Sequence record: PV593634.1 | Direction: 5' to 3' (one strand) | DNA: 64,000 nt | Shown here: piece by piece, positions 37,526 to 47,601 of the stretch | Layout: every line of letters begins with the position of its first letter | Numbering within the stretch: the first letter of the stretch is position 1 | Notes under the pieces: model-generated | What the model saw: the letters and a program-made list of their open reading frames with translations, nothing else | Databases searched by the model: none | Told to the model about the DNA's origin: nothing | Translations under genes and position numbers: made by a program

Positions 37526-38037
37526 GTGTAGACGTTATCAACATCGGGTCAGAACGTATCAAACGTTATGCTTTAGATCTGTACAACAAAGCTAATCAAT
37601 CTAATATCGAAATGGATGTGGATCGATTGACTTTCGAAAGTGTTGGTGATGATAAAGTAATGCTACAGGACACTGTGACTAAACGCGGTGTCTTGATTAG
37701 CAAGATCAGCTTACAGAGTTTGTTCCCTAATATCATAGACCTTCGTCCGTTTAAACATAACAGACATACAGCTCTTGGTATTATGCATCCGACGAACGCA
37801 GCTCACTTCAATGAGAAACATGAAGCGACCTTAGTTGATCCAGAAATAAATATACTCAAGTCCTCTACCGGTTTCCCGATAGAAGACATTAAAGAGTTTA
37901 TTTTGTTTTGCCGCGTATTTGGTTTTTACGAACTGGATATCGGCGACGTTACTTTAATCAGATCTAACGATACCCTTTACATATCCGTTAACGACACACA
38001 TGCTTTATACACAGGTGTGTTGGAGGTTAAGGTATAA
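37522..38037 (+). CDS. Hypothetical (putative virion) protein
   Basis: Start overlaps previous stop (ATGA). Confidence 0.6.
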   Translation: MSVDVINIGSERIKRYALDLYNKANQSNIEMDVDRLTFESVGDDKVMLQDTVTKRGVLISKISLQSLFPNIIDLRPFKHNRHTALGIMHPTNAAHFNEKHEATLVDPEINILKSSTGFPIEDIKEFILFCRVFGFYELDIGDVTLIRSNDTLYISVNDTHALYTGVLEVKV

Positions 38038-38651
38038 TGGAACTTATATTTTCAAATCAGGATAAGTACTTGCTTTTGAAGCAGTTGCTTATCACAATCC
38101 ATTTGGCAGCGAAAGGTGCTGTTCTTAATTCAAATGGAGAACATTACGATTTAGAAGTACAGGTTGAACGTGCTGTCAGACTGATTACTGAAATTGAGAA
38201 TGACTTCACTATCCCTTACGGTTTACTTCGTGGTGGACGGGTATATATCGACATGTCCGTAATTAATGCTCACATGCTCGGTATGTGTTCCGGTACGCTT
38301 CCTGAAGACTGCTGGGAATACGAATACATTCGTACCTTGGAAAACACAGAAAACCTGTACCAGGCAATCATGCACTATCCTGTTGTTGATGAGTTCGTTA
38401 AAGAACATGCTGACAACATGAAGTATAAAAACTTCTACGATGACGGCCGTGAAATGGCAGGTCACTTAATTGCTCGTACAGAACAAGCTCTTGATGTTGT
38501 TCGCCGTTGGTGCGAAGGTGCGGACCCAACTGTGTTAGAACAATTAATCATGATGATTAACGGCTGCTGTTTAATCGAGTTCCTATTCAACCTTACTAAT
38601 GACACAATGGGTGTCGAGGATATCCCAGATGCAGACATCCCTGGATGCTGA
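38037..38651 (+). CDS. Hypothetical protein
   Basis: TAATG coupling; SD GGAGGT. Confidence 0.65.
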   Translation: MELIFSNQDKYLLLKQLLITIHLAAKGAVLNSNGEHYDLEVQVERAVRLITEIENDFTIPYGLLRGGRVYIDMSVINAHMLGMCSGTLPEDCWEYEYIRTLENTENLYQAIMHYPVVDEFVKEHADNMKYKNFYDDGREMAGHLIARTEQALDVVRRWCEGADPTVLEQLIMMINGCCLIEFLFNLTNDTMGVEDIPDADIPGC

Positions 38652-39459
38652 TTTCGTTTACCTGGATTGGTGCTTAGATGGAATGGAGTCTTTGTTGAAC
38701 GACTCTAGTCCTACGTTCTTTGATTCTCTTACTGGTGCTGAATCTTACTACTGTTTGCACTTAGATGCCAGACAGTATGCTGGTATGGAGAATAAGTTCG
38801 CAGAAGGCGCTAAGAAGGCCGCTAAAGCGCTCTATGACAACATCATGGGCGTGCTCAAGCGTATACGCGAATACTTCTTTGGAGAAGGCGAGAAGGCCGC
38901 TGATGAAGCTCAGTCCAAAGCTGAAGAGTCAGTAGCCTTAACTATGGAGATGGATGGGAACACTCCTATTCCTGAAGACTCTCCTGCACGTAACCCTGAC
39001 AACTATGTCAAGTCTCTCGAAGGTGGTGCAGAGTTCCAAGAAGTGAAGGAAGGCGATACTAAGTTAGCCAGTGCTTTAGTGCGAGTTAAATCTGCAGCTC
39101 TTAAAGTCCGCGACTGCGATACCCTTGCTAAACTTCGTCCTGTTCTGATTGAGATTGGTAAAGCAACCAACGCTGGTAATGAAGCGGTTAAAGGTGCGCT
39201 ACGTACAACTCTCGGTGAAGCAGAGAAAGCAGCTAACAAACTCCGTAACGTTAAAGTCGCAAACGACGAAGACGCTGGAGAAGTTAAGACGGCTGTTAAA
39301 CAGGAGAACCAGGAAGCGACTGCTGAAGCACGTGAAGAAACTAAGAAAGCACGTATCGTTGGTGGTATCCGTAATAAGTTCGTCGGAACCATGAACGCCA
39401 TCAGTAAGTACGCTAAGACCATCAAAGAGAAACCTGAAGAATCCAAATTTAAAGGTTAA
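38629..39459 (+). CDS. Putative internal head protein, diverged paralog-family member (copy 4)
   Basis: GMESL..LHLDA..AGMENKFAEGAKKAAK..IREYF parallels the 10076/10873/18422 N-terminus; ATG 38629 with SD GAGGA (track start 38599). Confidence 0.6.
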   Translation: MQTSLDADFVYLDWCLDGMESLLNDSSPTFFDSLTGAESYYCLHLDARQYAGMENKFAEGAKKAAKALYDNIMGVLKRIREYFFGEGEKAADEAQSKAEESVALTMEMDGNTPIPEDSPARNPDNYVKSLEGGAEFQEVKEGDTKLASALVRVKSAALKVRDCDTLAKLRPVLIEIGKATNAGNEAVKGALRTTLGEAEKAANKLRNVKVANDEDAGEVKTAVKQENQEATAEAREETKKARIVGGIRNKFVGTMNAISKYAKTIKEKPEESKFKG

Positions 39460-39461
39460 CT

Positions 39462-40391
39462 ATGCAATATTCATTTCGCGATGAAGTGATCAAACGGTTA
39501 CCTGCTGGACATCAGTTCGTTGCTATGACTTCCGCTAACGAATTCGAAACAGATATCTTAACAGTTAAGGATGCTATTCGTCGAACTATCAAGATGGCTA
39601 AAGTTGACATCACCAGATATTTCGAACGCATCCCTAGTATAACTGTATCAAAGACATCCAACTTCAATGACGTTTACAGTAAGGTAAGTGATCTCTTTGG
39701 TCTAGGTTTAGTGCAAGGGGTGGATTATTATAACTCATCCCTCGTTAAACCTTCACAGGAAGCTCTGTACGTAGAGTTACCCATTAATAGCAATAGTTCA
39801 TGCTATCGTGGGTTTATTCGTTGCTACGTGTCTCTGGATGCGTTATCTGGGGCTAACAAAGGTGTTGTTCGTGATCTGCGTACAGTATCAAACATTATCG
39901 AGCTGGATAGCCTAAAGGTAAGACTTTATCTGGCTGGTCAGATCTTTGCGTTCTGTAAACCTTTTATTGAAGATAAGTTATCTGAACAGTTTATTCATAT
40001 CGTAGTTAAAGATATGGATTACTCTATCCGCTCTGGATACACTTACACATTCAGAGAGCTGTTAAAAGAAGCAACTGTTAAAGATGTTTTCAATGACGGT
40101 TTATCCGATATCATTCTTATTAACTTAAAGGGTGAAGATTACTTCATTCGTTATCACTGTCCTAATGGGTCTATTCCTCTTATTAAAAATAACGAGAAAT
40201 ATGATCTTGAGACTAGTACTGCTAACGCGGTGTTGGTTGGTGTTGAAGATAGTGTTGCGGAGAATCCGGGAGAGGGGAAAGGGGAATTATTATATACAGC
40301 ATCACGTAGTGATATCCCTATTGAAGTAGTTACTCCTCCTGAGGAAGTTAAACCAGTTACTAAGAAGACAAGAAAGAAAAAGAAATCATAA
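39462..40391 (+). CDS. Putative virion protein
   Basis: 309 aa; N-terminal domain pattern similar to 37522 gene (FE..., ..KISL..YF..I); basic C-terminal tail. Confidence 0.55.
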   Translation: MQYSFRDEVIKRLPAGHQFVAMTSANEFETDILTVKDAIRRTIKMAKVDITRYFERIPSITVSKTSNFNDVYSKVSDLFGLGLVQGVDYYNSSLVKPSQEALYVELPINSNSSCYRGFIRCYVSLDALSGANKGVVRDLRTVSNIIELDSLKVRLYLAGQIFAFCKPFIEDKLSEQFIHIVVKDMDYSIRSGYTYTFRELLKEATVKDVFNDGLSDIILINLKGEDYFIRYHCPNGSIPLIKNNEKYDLETSTANAVLVGVEDSVAENPGEGKGELLYTASRSDIPIEVVTPPEEVKPVTKKTRKKKKS

Positions 40392-40396
40392 TTATT

Positions 40397-40424
40397 CCCC
40401 TACTCCTTTAACAGGGAGTAGGGG
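40397..40424 (+). terminator. Hairpin terminator
   Basis: CCCCTACTCCTT-TAAC-AGGGAGTAGGGG-TTT. Confidence 0.75.
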
Positions 40425-40458
40425 TTTGATTTTATGATTGTTCAAGAGGGGATTAATT

Positions 40459-42057
40459 ATGTTTAAAGTAAAGATTCCTTCCTTTGAGACTTACAAGATA
40501 GCGACAAGACCTGTCGTGTTAACTTCGCTCAAACAAATGCTTGAGTATTTCGACAATGATCTAAATCAGAAGATCTATTTCAATGGCGAAGCAGAAGTAT
40601 CTAAACTCTTAGGTGGGGAGTACAACGATAAACGTGGTGGGGATCTAGGAACTGACGTTGGATACGATAACAAGATCTTTGTTGAATTCGAACGTGAGAA
40701 TGCTGGATACAACGATGAACTGGATGGGAATACTACAGACGACACCATTCCTCCTGTATGGGTGGATAGTGTAACTGGAGCTAAGATCACACCTAAGTTC
40801 AGTACACGTATTTATCGCATCACTGTTAACAAGTACATGAAGGACCGTGTAACTGCTGAACGTTATCTGGAAAACATCAAAGCAAAAACCTTAGGTGTCA
40901 ACCAGAACACGTTATTCAGTATGAACACCCATTACCCGATGATCGAACCTGTATTACGTTGCTATCTGGAAATCTTTAACCGTCTGGATAACGCTAAACA
41001 GATTCCCCAGGATATGGACTTCATTGCCTGGATGATCTACAACTCGAAAGTACCAGCTGGTATTATCAGAAACATCGTTGGTAATAACCCAGCATTCGTA
41101 TTCAAACAGTGTATTGATGACATTGGTGTGAATATGGATAACCCGACTATGGCCACCGTAACAAGTGGAGCATACATCGGTAAGTTCGAAGTGAGTTGGA
41201 CTTATTGGTTCTACTGGTCTGAACACAAAAACTGGATCTTAGAATATCCAATGCAAGTATTCCAGCAGCCAATGCCGCCGGAATATATGCCTGAGGTATT
41301 TGACGAAACTATCGAGTCTAATGTGTGTAAGCAGTTCTTTGAATCAGCAGCTGCCAGAGCCATCTGGGGTGATTTAAAGATCAACCCTTATTATCACGTT
41401 CTTCCTAACTTCGACAACTGGAGACCGGCTCCTACAAACTGGATATCGCCACAGGTACAGCTTGTTGTCAATATGGAAGATGTTGATGAACAAGTTATCA
41501 TTAACATCAAGGACATCCATGGATTTGATTGGAATCCAAAGTTAATGGACTACATCGTTAAATATCACAGTAAACTCACTAGACGACATTCTAACCCAAT
41601 GCAGTTTAAAGTTTATTCTGATAATACCGAAGTACTGGGTGAACAGATTGAGCTTCGCGAGAACGGTGACCTGATTCTGAAACGTAAGCCAAGGATGTCA
41701 AGCATCTACCGTGTCACATTTAACTTGGACTATGCGATTCGTTTATATAACGATGAGTGTATCAAGGACTTGCTAGATGATCCCGAGTGGGCTGAGTTCA
41801 TTTTGGGTGTGCTCTATCCTCATTATCCGCTCTGGCCTGGTTGGGGTGATAACGGGATTGATGATTGGTGGAAGATCCATAATGACATCGATCCTGGTGA
41901 TGGAGACGAAGTAGACTTCTTCATGCCTTACGGAATGATGGGCTTGCTTATCATTGCTCACAACCACGAAACGTACGAGAAGTACAAAGACTTAAAGAAC
42001 AGAGGTGTTATTGATGGCACAGACTATTATTGGCAAGGCACCCGAGAAACCACGTGA
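40459..42057 (+). CDS. Virion structural (neck/tail region) protein (phiKZ gp98-like)
   Basis: ~533 aa; synteny; ATG 40459 (track start 40438). Confidence 0.65.
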   Translation: MFKVKIPSFETYKIATRPVVLTSLKQMLEYFDNDLNQKIYFNGEAEVSKLLGGEYNDKRGGDLGTDVGYDNKIFVEFERENAGYNDELDGNTTDDTIPPVWVDSVTGAKITPKFSTRIYRITVNKYMKDRVTAERYLENIKAKTLGVNQNTLFSMNTHYPMIEPVLRCYLEIFNRLDNAKQIPQDMDFIAWMIYNSKVPAGIIRNIVGNNPAFVFKQCIDDIGVNMDNPTMATVTSGAYIGKFEVSWTYWFYWSEHKNWILEYPMQVFQQPMPPEYMPEVFDETIESNVCKQFFESAAARAIWGDLKINPYYHVLPNFDNWRPAPTNWISPQVQLVVNMEDVDEQVIINIKDIHGFDWNPKLMDYIVKYHSKLTRRHSNPMQFKVYSDNTEVLGEQIELRENGDLILKRKPRMSSIYRVTFNLDYAIRLYNDECIKDLLDDPEWAEFILGVLYPHYPLWPGWGDNGIDDWWKIHNDIDPGDGDEVDFFMPYGMMGLLIIAHNHETYEKYKDLKNRGVIDGTDYYWQGTRETT

Positions 42058-43315
42058 GGAAACAGTTCTACCCGAAGCGTATCAAAATACGATTATCGAG
42101 TCGCGCTATATTCCTCACACTAGCCTGTTGTCTTTTGTCCCTGGCATGCCTACCCGGACGATTTATTATCGTCAGTCACTTGGCAGGGATGAAGAACAGC
42201 AAGGGTTCGAGCCTGAGTCTATACAGACTTATTCATCCTACAAACGTGTCCATAACCTAATCATCAAAATTGATAACGGTAATGGAAACTATAACTTTGA
42301 TCCAACCAACGGTCAAGGTAGTAACCAACTTACTGGTTATGTCTTATTTGACTTGACACCAAACAAAGGTGACTTGTTCATTAAAGATATCGGTGATGGC
42401 CGTGCAGGTTTGTACGTTGTTACCCAGCAACCAGAGATCCGTACCATTCACGCTGACAAGTGCTATTATATCGAAGCAGAACTTGAAGCTATTATGACTG
42501 ACCAGATCCAATGGAACCTGGATCAGAAAGTCATTGAAGAATTGTACTACTCTAAGGACTCAGCAGTAGACGGCGGCAATGCTGTTCTGACGAAATCCGA
42601 TTACGACCTTAACAAGAAACTGTATGATCTTGAGTTTGCCATCATCGACGATATTTTGGCTTGCCATTACTTCGATGATGAAGATACGATCATTATCCCT
42701 AACTCGGAAAATGACAGGCTCTATGATCCATACCTTGCTAAGTTCCTGAGTTATGTATTCCCTCAGAAAGTTATTGGGGCTCGTAAGAAGATCAAACTAC
42801 TTGATCCTAATTACTATGTAGATAGTCGTCGGTCTAACCAACCCATCACCGTATGGGATATGTTCTACCGTAATGACTTCTCCATGCCTAAGCGTTATGA
42901 ATCTGAATACTTCACACATAACCGCCGTGACATGCTCAACACTCGTATGTATGGTAACGTCTTCTTCTCGAAGATGGACCGTATGATAAACGTATTCAAA
43001 GACTCAGCTAAACGTGGTCCTTACTCGTTTACTGGTGCTTTGTTACCTAACGTCGCTCCTCCTGGATACGATGGTCCTCGTGAACCTGGTACCCCATGGA
43101 CTTACTTCTTCACCCCAGAGTTCTATAATGGTGGTGGTACAGAAGTCGAACAGTTCGTCTGGAAAATGTTCCGTGATAAAACTATCGACAAACGTACTCT
43201 GGTCAATACCTTAGAGAAGTATTGGGAACTGGACGACACTACGAAGTTGTACATGTCTGGCATTTATGTAGGTGCAATTAAGAAAGCGCTAATCACTAGC
43301 AGCGATTACACATAA
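42014..43315 (+). CDS. Virion structural protein (phiKZ gp99-like)
   Basis: ~433 aa; SD GAGGT; synteny (track start 42005). Confidence 0.65.
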   Translation: MAQTIIGKAPEKPREETVLPEAYQNTIIESRYIPHTSLLSFVPGMPTRTIYYRQSLGRDEEQQGFEPESIQTYSSYKRVHNLIIKIDNGNGNYNFDPTNGQGSNQLTGYVLFDLTPNKGDLFIKDIGDGRAGLYVVTQQPEIRTIHADKCYYIEAELEAIMTDQIQWNLDQKVIEELYYSKDSAVDGGNAVLTKSDYDLNKKLYDLEFAIIDDILACHYFDDEDTIIIPNSENDRLYDPYLAKFLSYVFPQKVIGARKKIKLLDPNYYVDSRRSNQPITVWDMFYRNDFSMPKRYESEYFTHNRRDMLNTRMYGNVFFSKMDRMINVFKDSAKRGPYSFTGALLPNVAPPGYDGPREPGTPWTYFFTPEFYNGGGTEVEQFVWKMFRDKTIDKRTLVNTLEKYWELDDTTKLYMSGIYVGAIKKALITSSDYT

Positions 43316-43326
43316 AGGTAAGACTA

Positions 43327-43953
43327 ATGGAAACGGCACGTTATAATTATGTTCGTAAAGAACTCGTCAATCTACACCGGATAATCACAGAAGAAACCTT
43401 TAATATCTTCATACCGTTAAGTTCGTTTATGACGCTGAAGCAATTAGAGACAGCTCGTGACCGTCCACCGTTGACTGGCTTTGAAACCTTTGAAGAAACT
43501 ATTGAACGTCCGTTCTCCATTAAACGCATGCTGACCGCTGTAGAAATAATGGGGGATGAGCTTTCGATCGGTTTTAGACATGCCCGTCGTGACATCCCCT
43601 ATATCTACGAATCCATTCAAAACTGGATTAAGTACTGGATCGAAATCAAGATTGGTTTCCCGCATATCAGAACAGCTCCCATCGAGGAGTTGGAGTTAAT
43701 TGAAAAACTAGCCAAACATATCTTTGGTTCTTACGCTCACTATCATTACGAGAAGATTAATAAGACACTGGATATTCCAGATATCGCTCAAGCAAGCCTT
43801 CTGGATATTCTCAAAGGTCGTATGATGTACGGTAGCGACATTGACGAACAGTTGTCGTTCATCTCACACGTTGACGAGTATAAAGCGCTCACAGGCTCTC
43901 GTAGCTCGTCTAATAGCATGGGTGGTATGTTTGGTGGGCTTGGAGGCTTATAA
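43327..43953 (+). CDS. Conserved protein (phiKZ gp100-like)
   Basis: 208 aa; synteny. Confidence 0.55.
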   Translation: METARYNYVRKELVNLHRIITEETFNIFIPLSSFMTLKQLETARDRPPLTGFETFEETIERPFSIKRMLTAVEIMGDELSIGFRHARRDIPYIYESIQNWIKYWIEIKIGFPHIRTAPIEELELIEKLAKHIFGSYAHYHYEKINKTLDIPDIAQASLLDILKGRMMYGSDIDEQLSFISHVDEYKALTGSRSSSNSMGGMFGGLGGL

Positions 43954-45302
43954 TGTTAAATGCTCGTATACAGGCGCTTCTACGTCAAGCCTCTTCTACA
44001 GCTAAGTACGCTAAGAACGCAGCAGAGTCAGTTCAGATACAAGCTATCTTTATAACACCAGAAGGACAGTACCGAGCACTAGGTTGTTTAGGTATGGTAG
44101 AGATAGCTGACTTTGCTAATAAGGATAACCACTCGGAGATGATTCAGATTACCTGCCGTTTCCAGCCGGGTATCTATTTCAACAAGATCGTTCCATTCCG
44201 AGATGATCTAAAGGTACAGCTTATCGTAGCCACAGGAAGTGATAAACTGTTAAGGGAGTTCGTTGGCGTTCCTTTAGTCTCTAAGGACGTTAAGGCTGAA
44301 GGAAATAACACAGGGGCTCTGAACTTAGAAGCTCTTGATGTCACCAACCTGGTTGAGTATAAGTTCCAGCTTATCGATCCTGGATATGCCAAACTGAAGA
44401 ACGTTCCAGTTTCTAACATTTATCAGATGACTAACATAGAAGGTGTTATCGGTACAGTAATGCAGAAGTATACTGAAGCTGTGGGTATGACAGGATCAAC
44501 CTTATTTAAAGGGCTGCAGTTCCACAGACCTATCGATAATACCAACATGTTTGACTCTGTTGAAATTCCAAACGGAACTAAACTGGTTGACGTCCCAACG
44601 ATGCTTCAGAACGATAACGACTATGGTGTCTATACTAAAGGGTTAACTTGTTTCTACAAACAAAACTACTGGTGGGTTGTTCCTATCTTTAATACTGAGC
44701 TTGTGGATACACATCCTAGACCTCTTGAGATCGTTCGTGTGCCTGAAAACAAGATACCTGACCTAGATGTCAGTTATTACCGTTCAGACGTTGCTATGAC
44801 AATTATAGCGTGCGGTAGAGGTGATCATACAGATAACGCAGATATTGACAAACAGAACGATGGTGTTGGTCAGCGTATACTGTTAGGTGAGGCTGTGGCT
44901 GGCGATACAGGTTATCACTATCAGAAAGGTCGCGCTATTACTACCCGTGCAGATACCTTGCAGGAGTATAAGTTAAGCGACCGACGTTCCGGTGAGGAAT
45001 GGGTTCCACTAAACCCTAACCCTACCGGTAACCTTTGCGTACCTATGACACAGAACGCCATTAACGAAGGCGAGATCATTGAAGTAGAATGGCGTAACGG
45101 AGATACAGGTTATTTAGAACCGGGTCACCCACTTCACTATCAGTACATGTACGATGAAACAGAGATGATTGTGAGGAAAGGGGTGTTGTTAGGATATCGT
45201 ACAGATTACATTCCTATTAACGCAATGCCCAACCCAATTCTGAAACGCACAACTATTTTAAAGATATTCGTTAAGCGCCGTGAACAATTTAAAGTAGCAT
45301 AA
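43953..45302 (+). CDS. Baseplate hub-like protein (phiKZ gp101-like)
   Basis: 449 aa beta-rich; synteny; WRNGDTGYLEPG near C-terminus typical of hub proteins. Confidence 0.65.
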   Translation: MLNARIQALLRQASSTAKYAKNAAESVQIQAIFITPEGQYRALGCLGMVEIADFANKDNHSEMIQITCRFQPGIYFNKIVPFRDDLKVQLIVATGSDKLLREFVGVPLVSKDVKAEGNNTGALNLEALDVTNLVEYKFQLIDPGYAKLKNVPVSNIYQMTNIEGVIGTVMQKYTEAVGMTGSTLFKGLQFHRPIDNTNMFDSVEIPNGTKLVDVPTMLQNDNDYGVYTKGLTCFYKQNYWWVVPIFNTELVDTHPRPLEIVRVPENKIPDLDVSYYRSDVAMTIIACGRGDHTDNADIDKQNDGVGQRILLGEAVAGDTGYHYQKGRAITTRADTLQEYKLSDRRSGEEWVPLNPNPTGNLCVPMTQNAINEGEIIEVEWRNGDTGYLEPGHPLHYQYMYDETEMIVRKGVLLGYRTDYIPINAMPNPILKRTTILKIFVKRREQFKVA

Positions 45303-45306
45303 ACAT

Positions 45307-45340
45307 AACTCCTACCCCTCCGTCAGGAAGGGTAGGAGTT
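45307..45340. terminator. Bidirectional hairpin terminator between convergent genes
   Basis: AACTCCTACCCCTCC-GTCA-GGAAGGGTAGGAGTT. Confidence 0.75.
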
Positions 45341-45353
45341 TAACTACTTATGT

Positions 45354-46892
45354 TTACATGTCATCAAAGTCTGAACCACCGCCCATTGCTTCACTGCGTT
45401 GTGCTAATGATCTACGGAATGTTTTCTTCTCAAAGTTAACGTCATGGACTAAACCGTTATGTGGGTCTAATGGATAGATAAAGAAGCGAGCAGATTCCTG
45501 AGCACCTTCACCACGCATCTTACCAACATAACCAGTAAAGAAGCACTCGTTGTTCTGGAGCTTAGCTACGTGCAGACCGATTACACAGTCAACTTCGTTA
45601 GTAAGTTTAGTAGAACCTTCAGTCATTGACTTACCACCAACGTCACGAATGAAGTATGCTTCTGAGTCATCATCCTGTTCACGGATAAACTTCTTAGCTT
45701 CCGGGTTAAGCTGGTGCGGAGTTAAGAATACAGCACCACGAGAAGTAAAGAAGTTACGGGCACGGTTATACAAGTTCTGTAATTTGTCAGAACGAGATTC
45801 ACCTTGACAACCAGTCAAGTCCGCCATAGCCAGATAGTCATAAGCAGCTACAATGATTTCGTGACCCTTCAGTTCTAAGGTACGAATACGCTGCATGATT
45901 TCCTGAATAGAGTCGTGACTTGGGTTAACACGGTAGAACTTAAATGCCCAACCGTTTTCGGCAAAGGTCTCAATAATGGTATTAACAACTTCTTCGGTGG
46001 TAGCTTCTAAGAAGTTTGGTTTAACACCAGTCTTAGCAGTTACGAAGAGTTCATACATACGTTTAAAGATTAGACCCAAGCTATCTTCAGCTGACATCAG
46101 TACAACAGTTGGAATCTTGGTCTTGTTACGAAGAATAGGTTTGTTGTACAAAGGAACAGAAGCGATGAAGTGAGCCAGACCGAATGACTTACCGCGGTTA
46201 GTTAGTGCTTCGATCATGTACATCAGACCACGACGTAACCCACAGTCAGGATAGAGTGCTTCGTTCAAACCAGCTAAGCCAGTTTTAATAATACCTTCGG
46301 CAGAAGTTTCAACTTTAAGTTGATCGATAACACTAGTAATAGAAGCAGGGTCATCAGAACCAGTGCATTCAACCACAGCTTTGTCAAAGGTGTTATCGTT
46401 CAGCTCGGTGATCTTGCTTTCAATTAACTCAGCTACTTTCATCCAGTCTTCTTTAGAAAGGTCATCTTCACCTTCAAACAAGAATGGGCGAACCATGTTC
46501 TTAAATTGTGCTGAGAATTTACCTTTGTTAGAGACTTCCTGCAACTCTTTAATAATTTGAAAGATGAGCTGTCGGGCATCTTCATTACCAAGGTCCGTCT
46601 TAAATGACTCAGTCATCAGCTTTTCAAGCTCTGGAGATAACAGAACAATCTCAGCTACCTTACTGGCTAGCAGCGATGTTATGATATTCGAGTCAGACGG
46701 TTGCTCTCTGAACCATCCTAGTAACTTACGTAACAACGCTTCCGTTTTCTTATCTTGTTGGACTAAGCTCTCTTTACTTTTCGGAACATCTTCGGAAAGA
46801 AGGAGAATCTCATCCATGAGGTCTTTGTCGTCTAAACGCCAAGCTTGGAACATCGCAGTTGCTAATTTGACGAGACGAATTAAGTTGTTCAT
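45354..46892 (-). CDS. dnaB: DnaB-like replicative helicase (phiKZ gp118-like)
   Basis: Variant Walker A ALTNRGKS, catalytic SAED, Walker B YDYL, TPHQL, KMRG arginine-finger region; divergent from capsid operon. Confidence 0.88.
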   Translation of the reverse strand: MNNLIRLVKLATAMFQAWRLDDKDLMDEILLLSEDVPKSKESLVQQDKKTEALLRKLLGWFREQPSDSNIITSLLASKVAEIVLLSPELEKLMTESFKTDLGNEDARQLIFQIIKELQEVSNKGKFSAQFKNMVRPFLFEGEDDLSKEDWMKVAELIESKITELNDNTFDKAVVECTGSDDPASITSVIDQLKVETSAEGIIKTGLAGLNEALYPDCGLRRGLMYMIEALTNRGKSFGLAHFIASVPLYNKPILRNKTKIPTVVLMSAEDSLGLIFKRMYELFVTAKTGVKPNFLEATTEEVVNTIIETFAENGWAFKFYRVNPSHDSIQEIMQRIRTLELKGHEIIVAAYDYLAMADLTGCQGESRSDKLQNLYNRARNFFTSRGAVFLTPHQLNPEAKKFIREQDDDSEAYFIRDVGGKSMTEGSTKLTNEVDCVIGLHVAKLQNNECFFTGYVGKMRGEGAQESARFFIYPLDPHNGLVHDVNFEKKTFRRSLAQRSEAMGGGSDFDDM

Positions 46893-46930
46893 TTATACAG
46901 CTCCAGGTTAAATTACTTAAAGGTAAGTTT

Positions 46931-47482
46931 ATGATCTTTAAATTAGGCAATCAGGATCTCAATGTGTACTTTTTACAAGAACATCATTTTGATCTCTTAA
47001 ATTCTGTGGGTCTTGAACTCTCACAATTACCTCTCTTACCATCGTTCAAAGAAGTCTCAGATGCAGACTGCTTGGACTGGTTGAAGTTTCAACGTGGTGT
47101 TGAAAAACAATTATGTGGTTTCAAGAGTACAACTTATGATGATACCAGTGATATTACAATTGGTAACATTAACCGTGACGGTGTTGTTTATAAAGCAAAA
47201 TATGATGAAGTACTTAATGCAGACTCAGGTATTAATTTAGGTCAACATTTTTACTATCACATCTTTAACGGTAACCTGTTCATATTAAACAGTAATAATA
47301 CTGTGAACAGCAATTGGTTCAAAGAAGTACAGGGGAATCTGGCCAGTTCTCTTTATCAAGCACTACTATCTTCCTTTAGTGTCTTTGAGTTATATTTCCG
47401 TCCGGCCAAAGACTTAAAAGAAACAGTAGTACAAAGAAAGTACATTGACTTAGGTTATTTAATTTCCAAAGTCATTGCGTAA
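46931..47482 (+). CDS. Minor head protein (phiKZ gp119-like)
   Basis: 183 aa between DnaB-like and capsid genes; synteny. Confidence 0.55.
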   Translation: MIFKLGNQDLNVYFLQEHHFDLLNSVGLELSQLPLLPSFKEVSDADCLDWLKFQRGVEKQLCGFKSTTYDDTSDITIGNINRDGVVYKAKYDEVLNADSGINLGQHFYYHIFNGNLFILNSNNTVNSNWFKEVQGNLASSLYQALLSSFSVFELYFRPAKDLKETVVQRKYIDLGYLISKVIA

Positions 47483-47511
47483 TACTTTGTGGACTAGTAA
47501 TACCGCGCTCT

Positions 47512-47530
47512 AGATAGCTACTATCTTATG
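47512..47530 (+). promoter_or_regulatory. Candidate late promoter of major capsid gene (small hairpin + TATG)
   Basis: AGATAG-CTA-CTATCT immediately followed by TATG, ~70 nt upstream of capsid ATG; TATG is the reported phiKZ late-promoter consensus. Confidence 0.45.
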
Positions 47531-47601
47531 CGTAAAAATATTAACTACCGCGAACAAATATATTTGTTTTCAAAGAAAGACTCATTTAAAAGGTATTTAT
47601 C

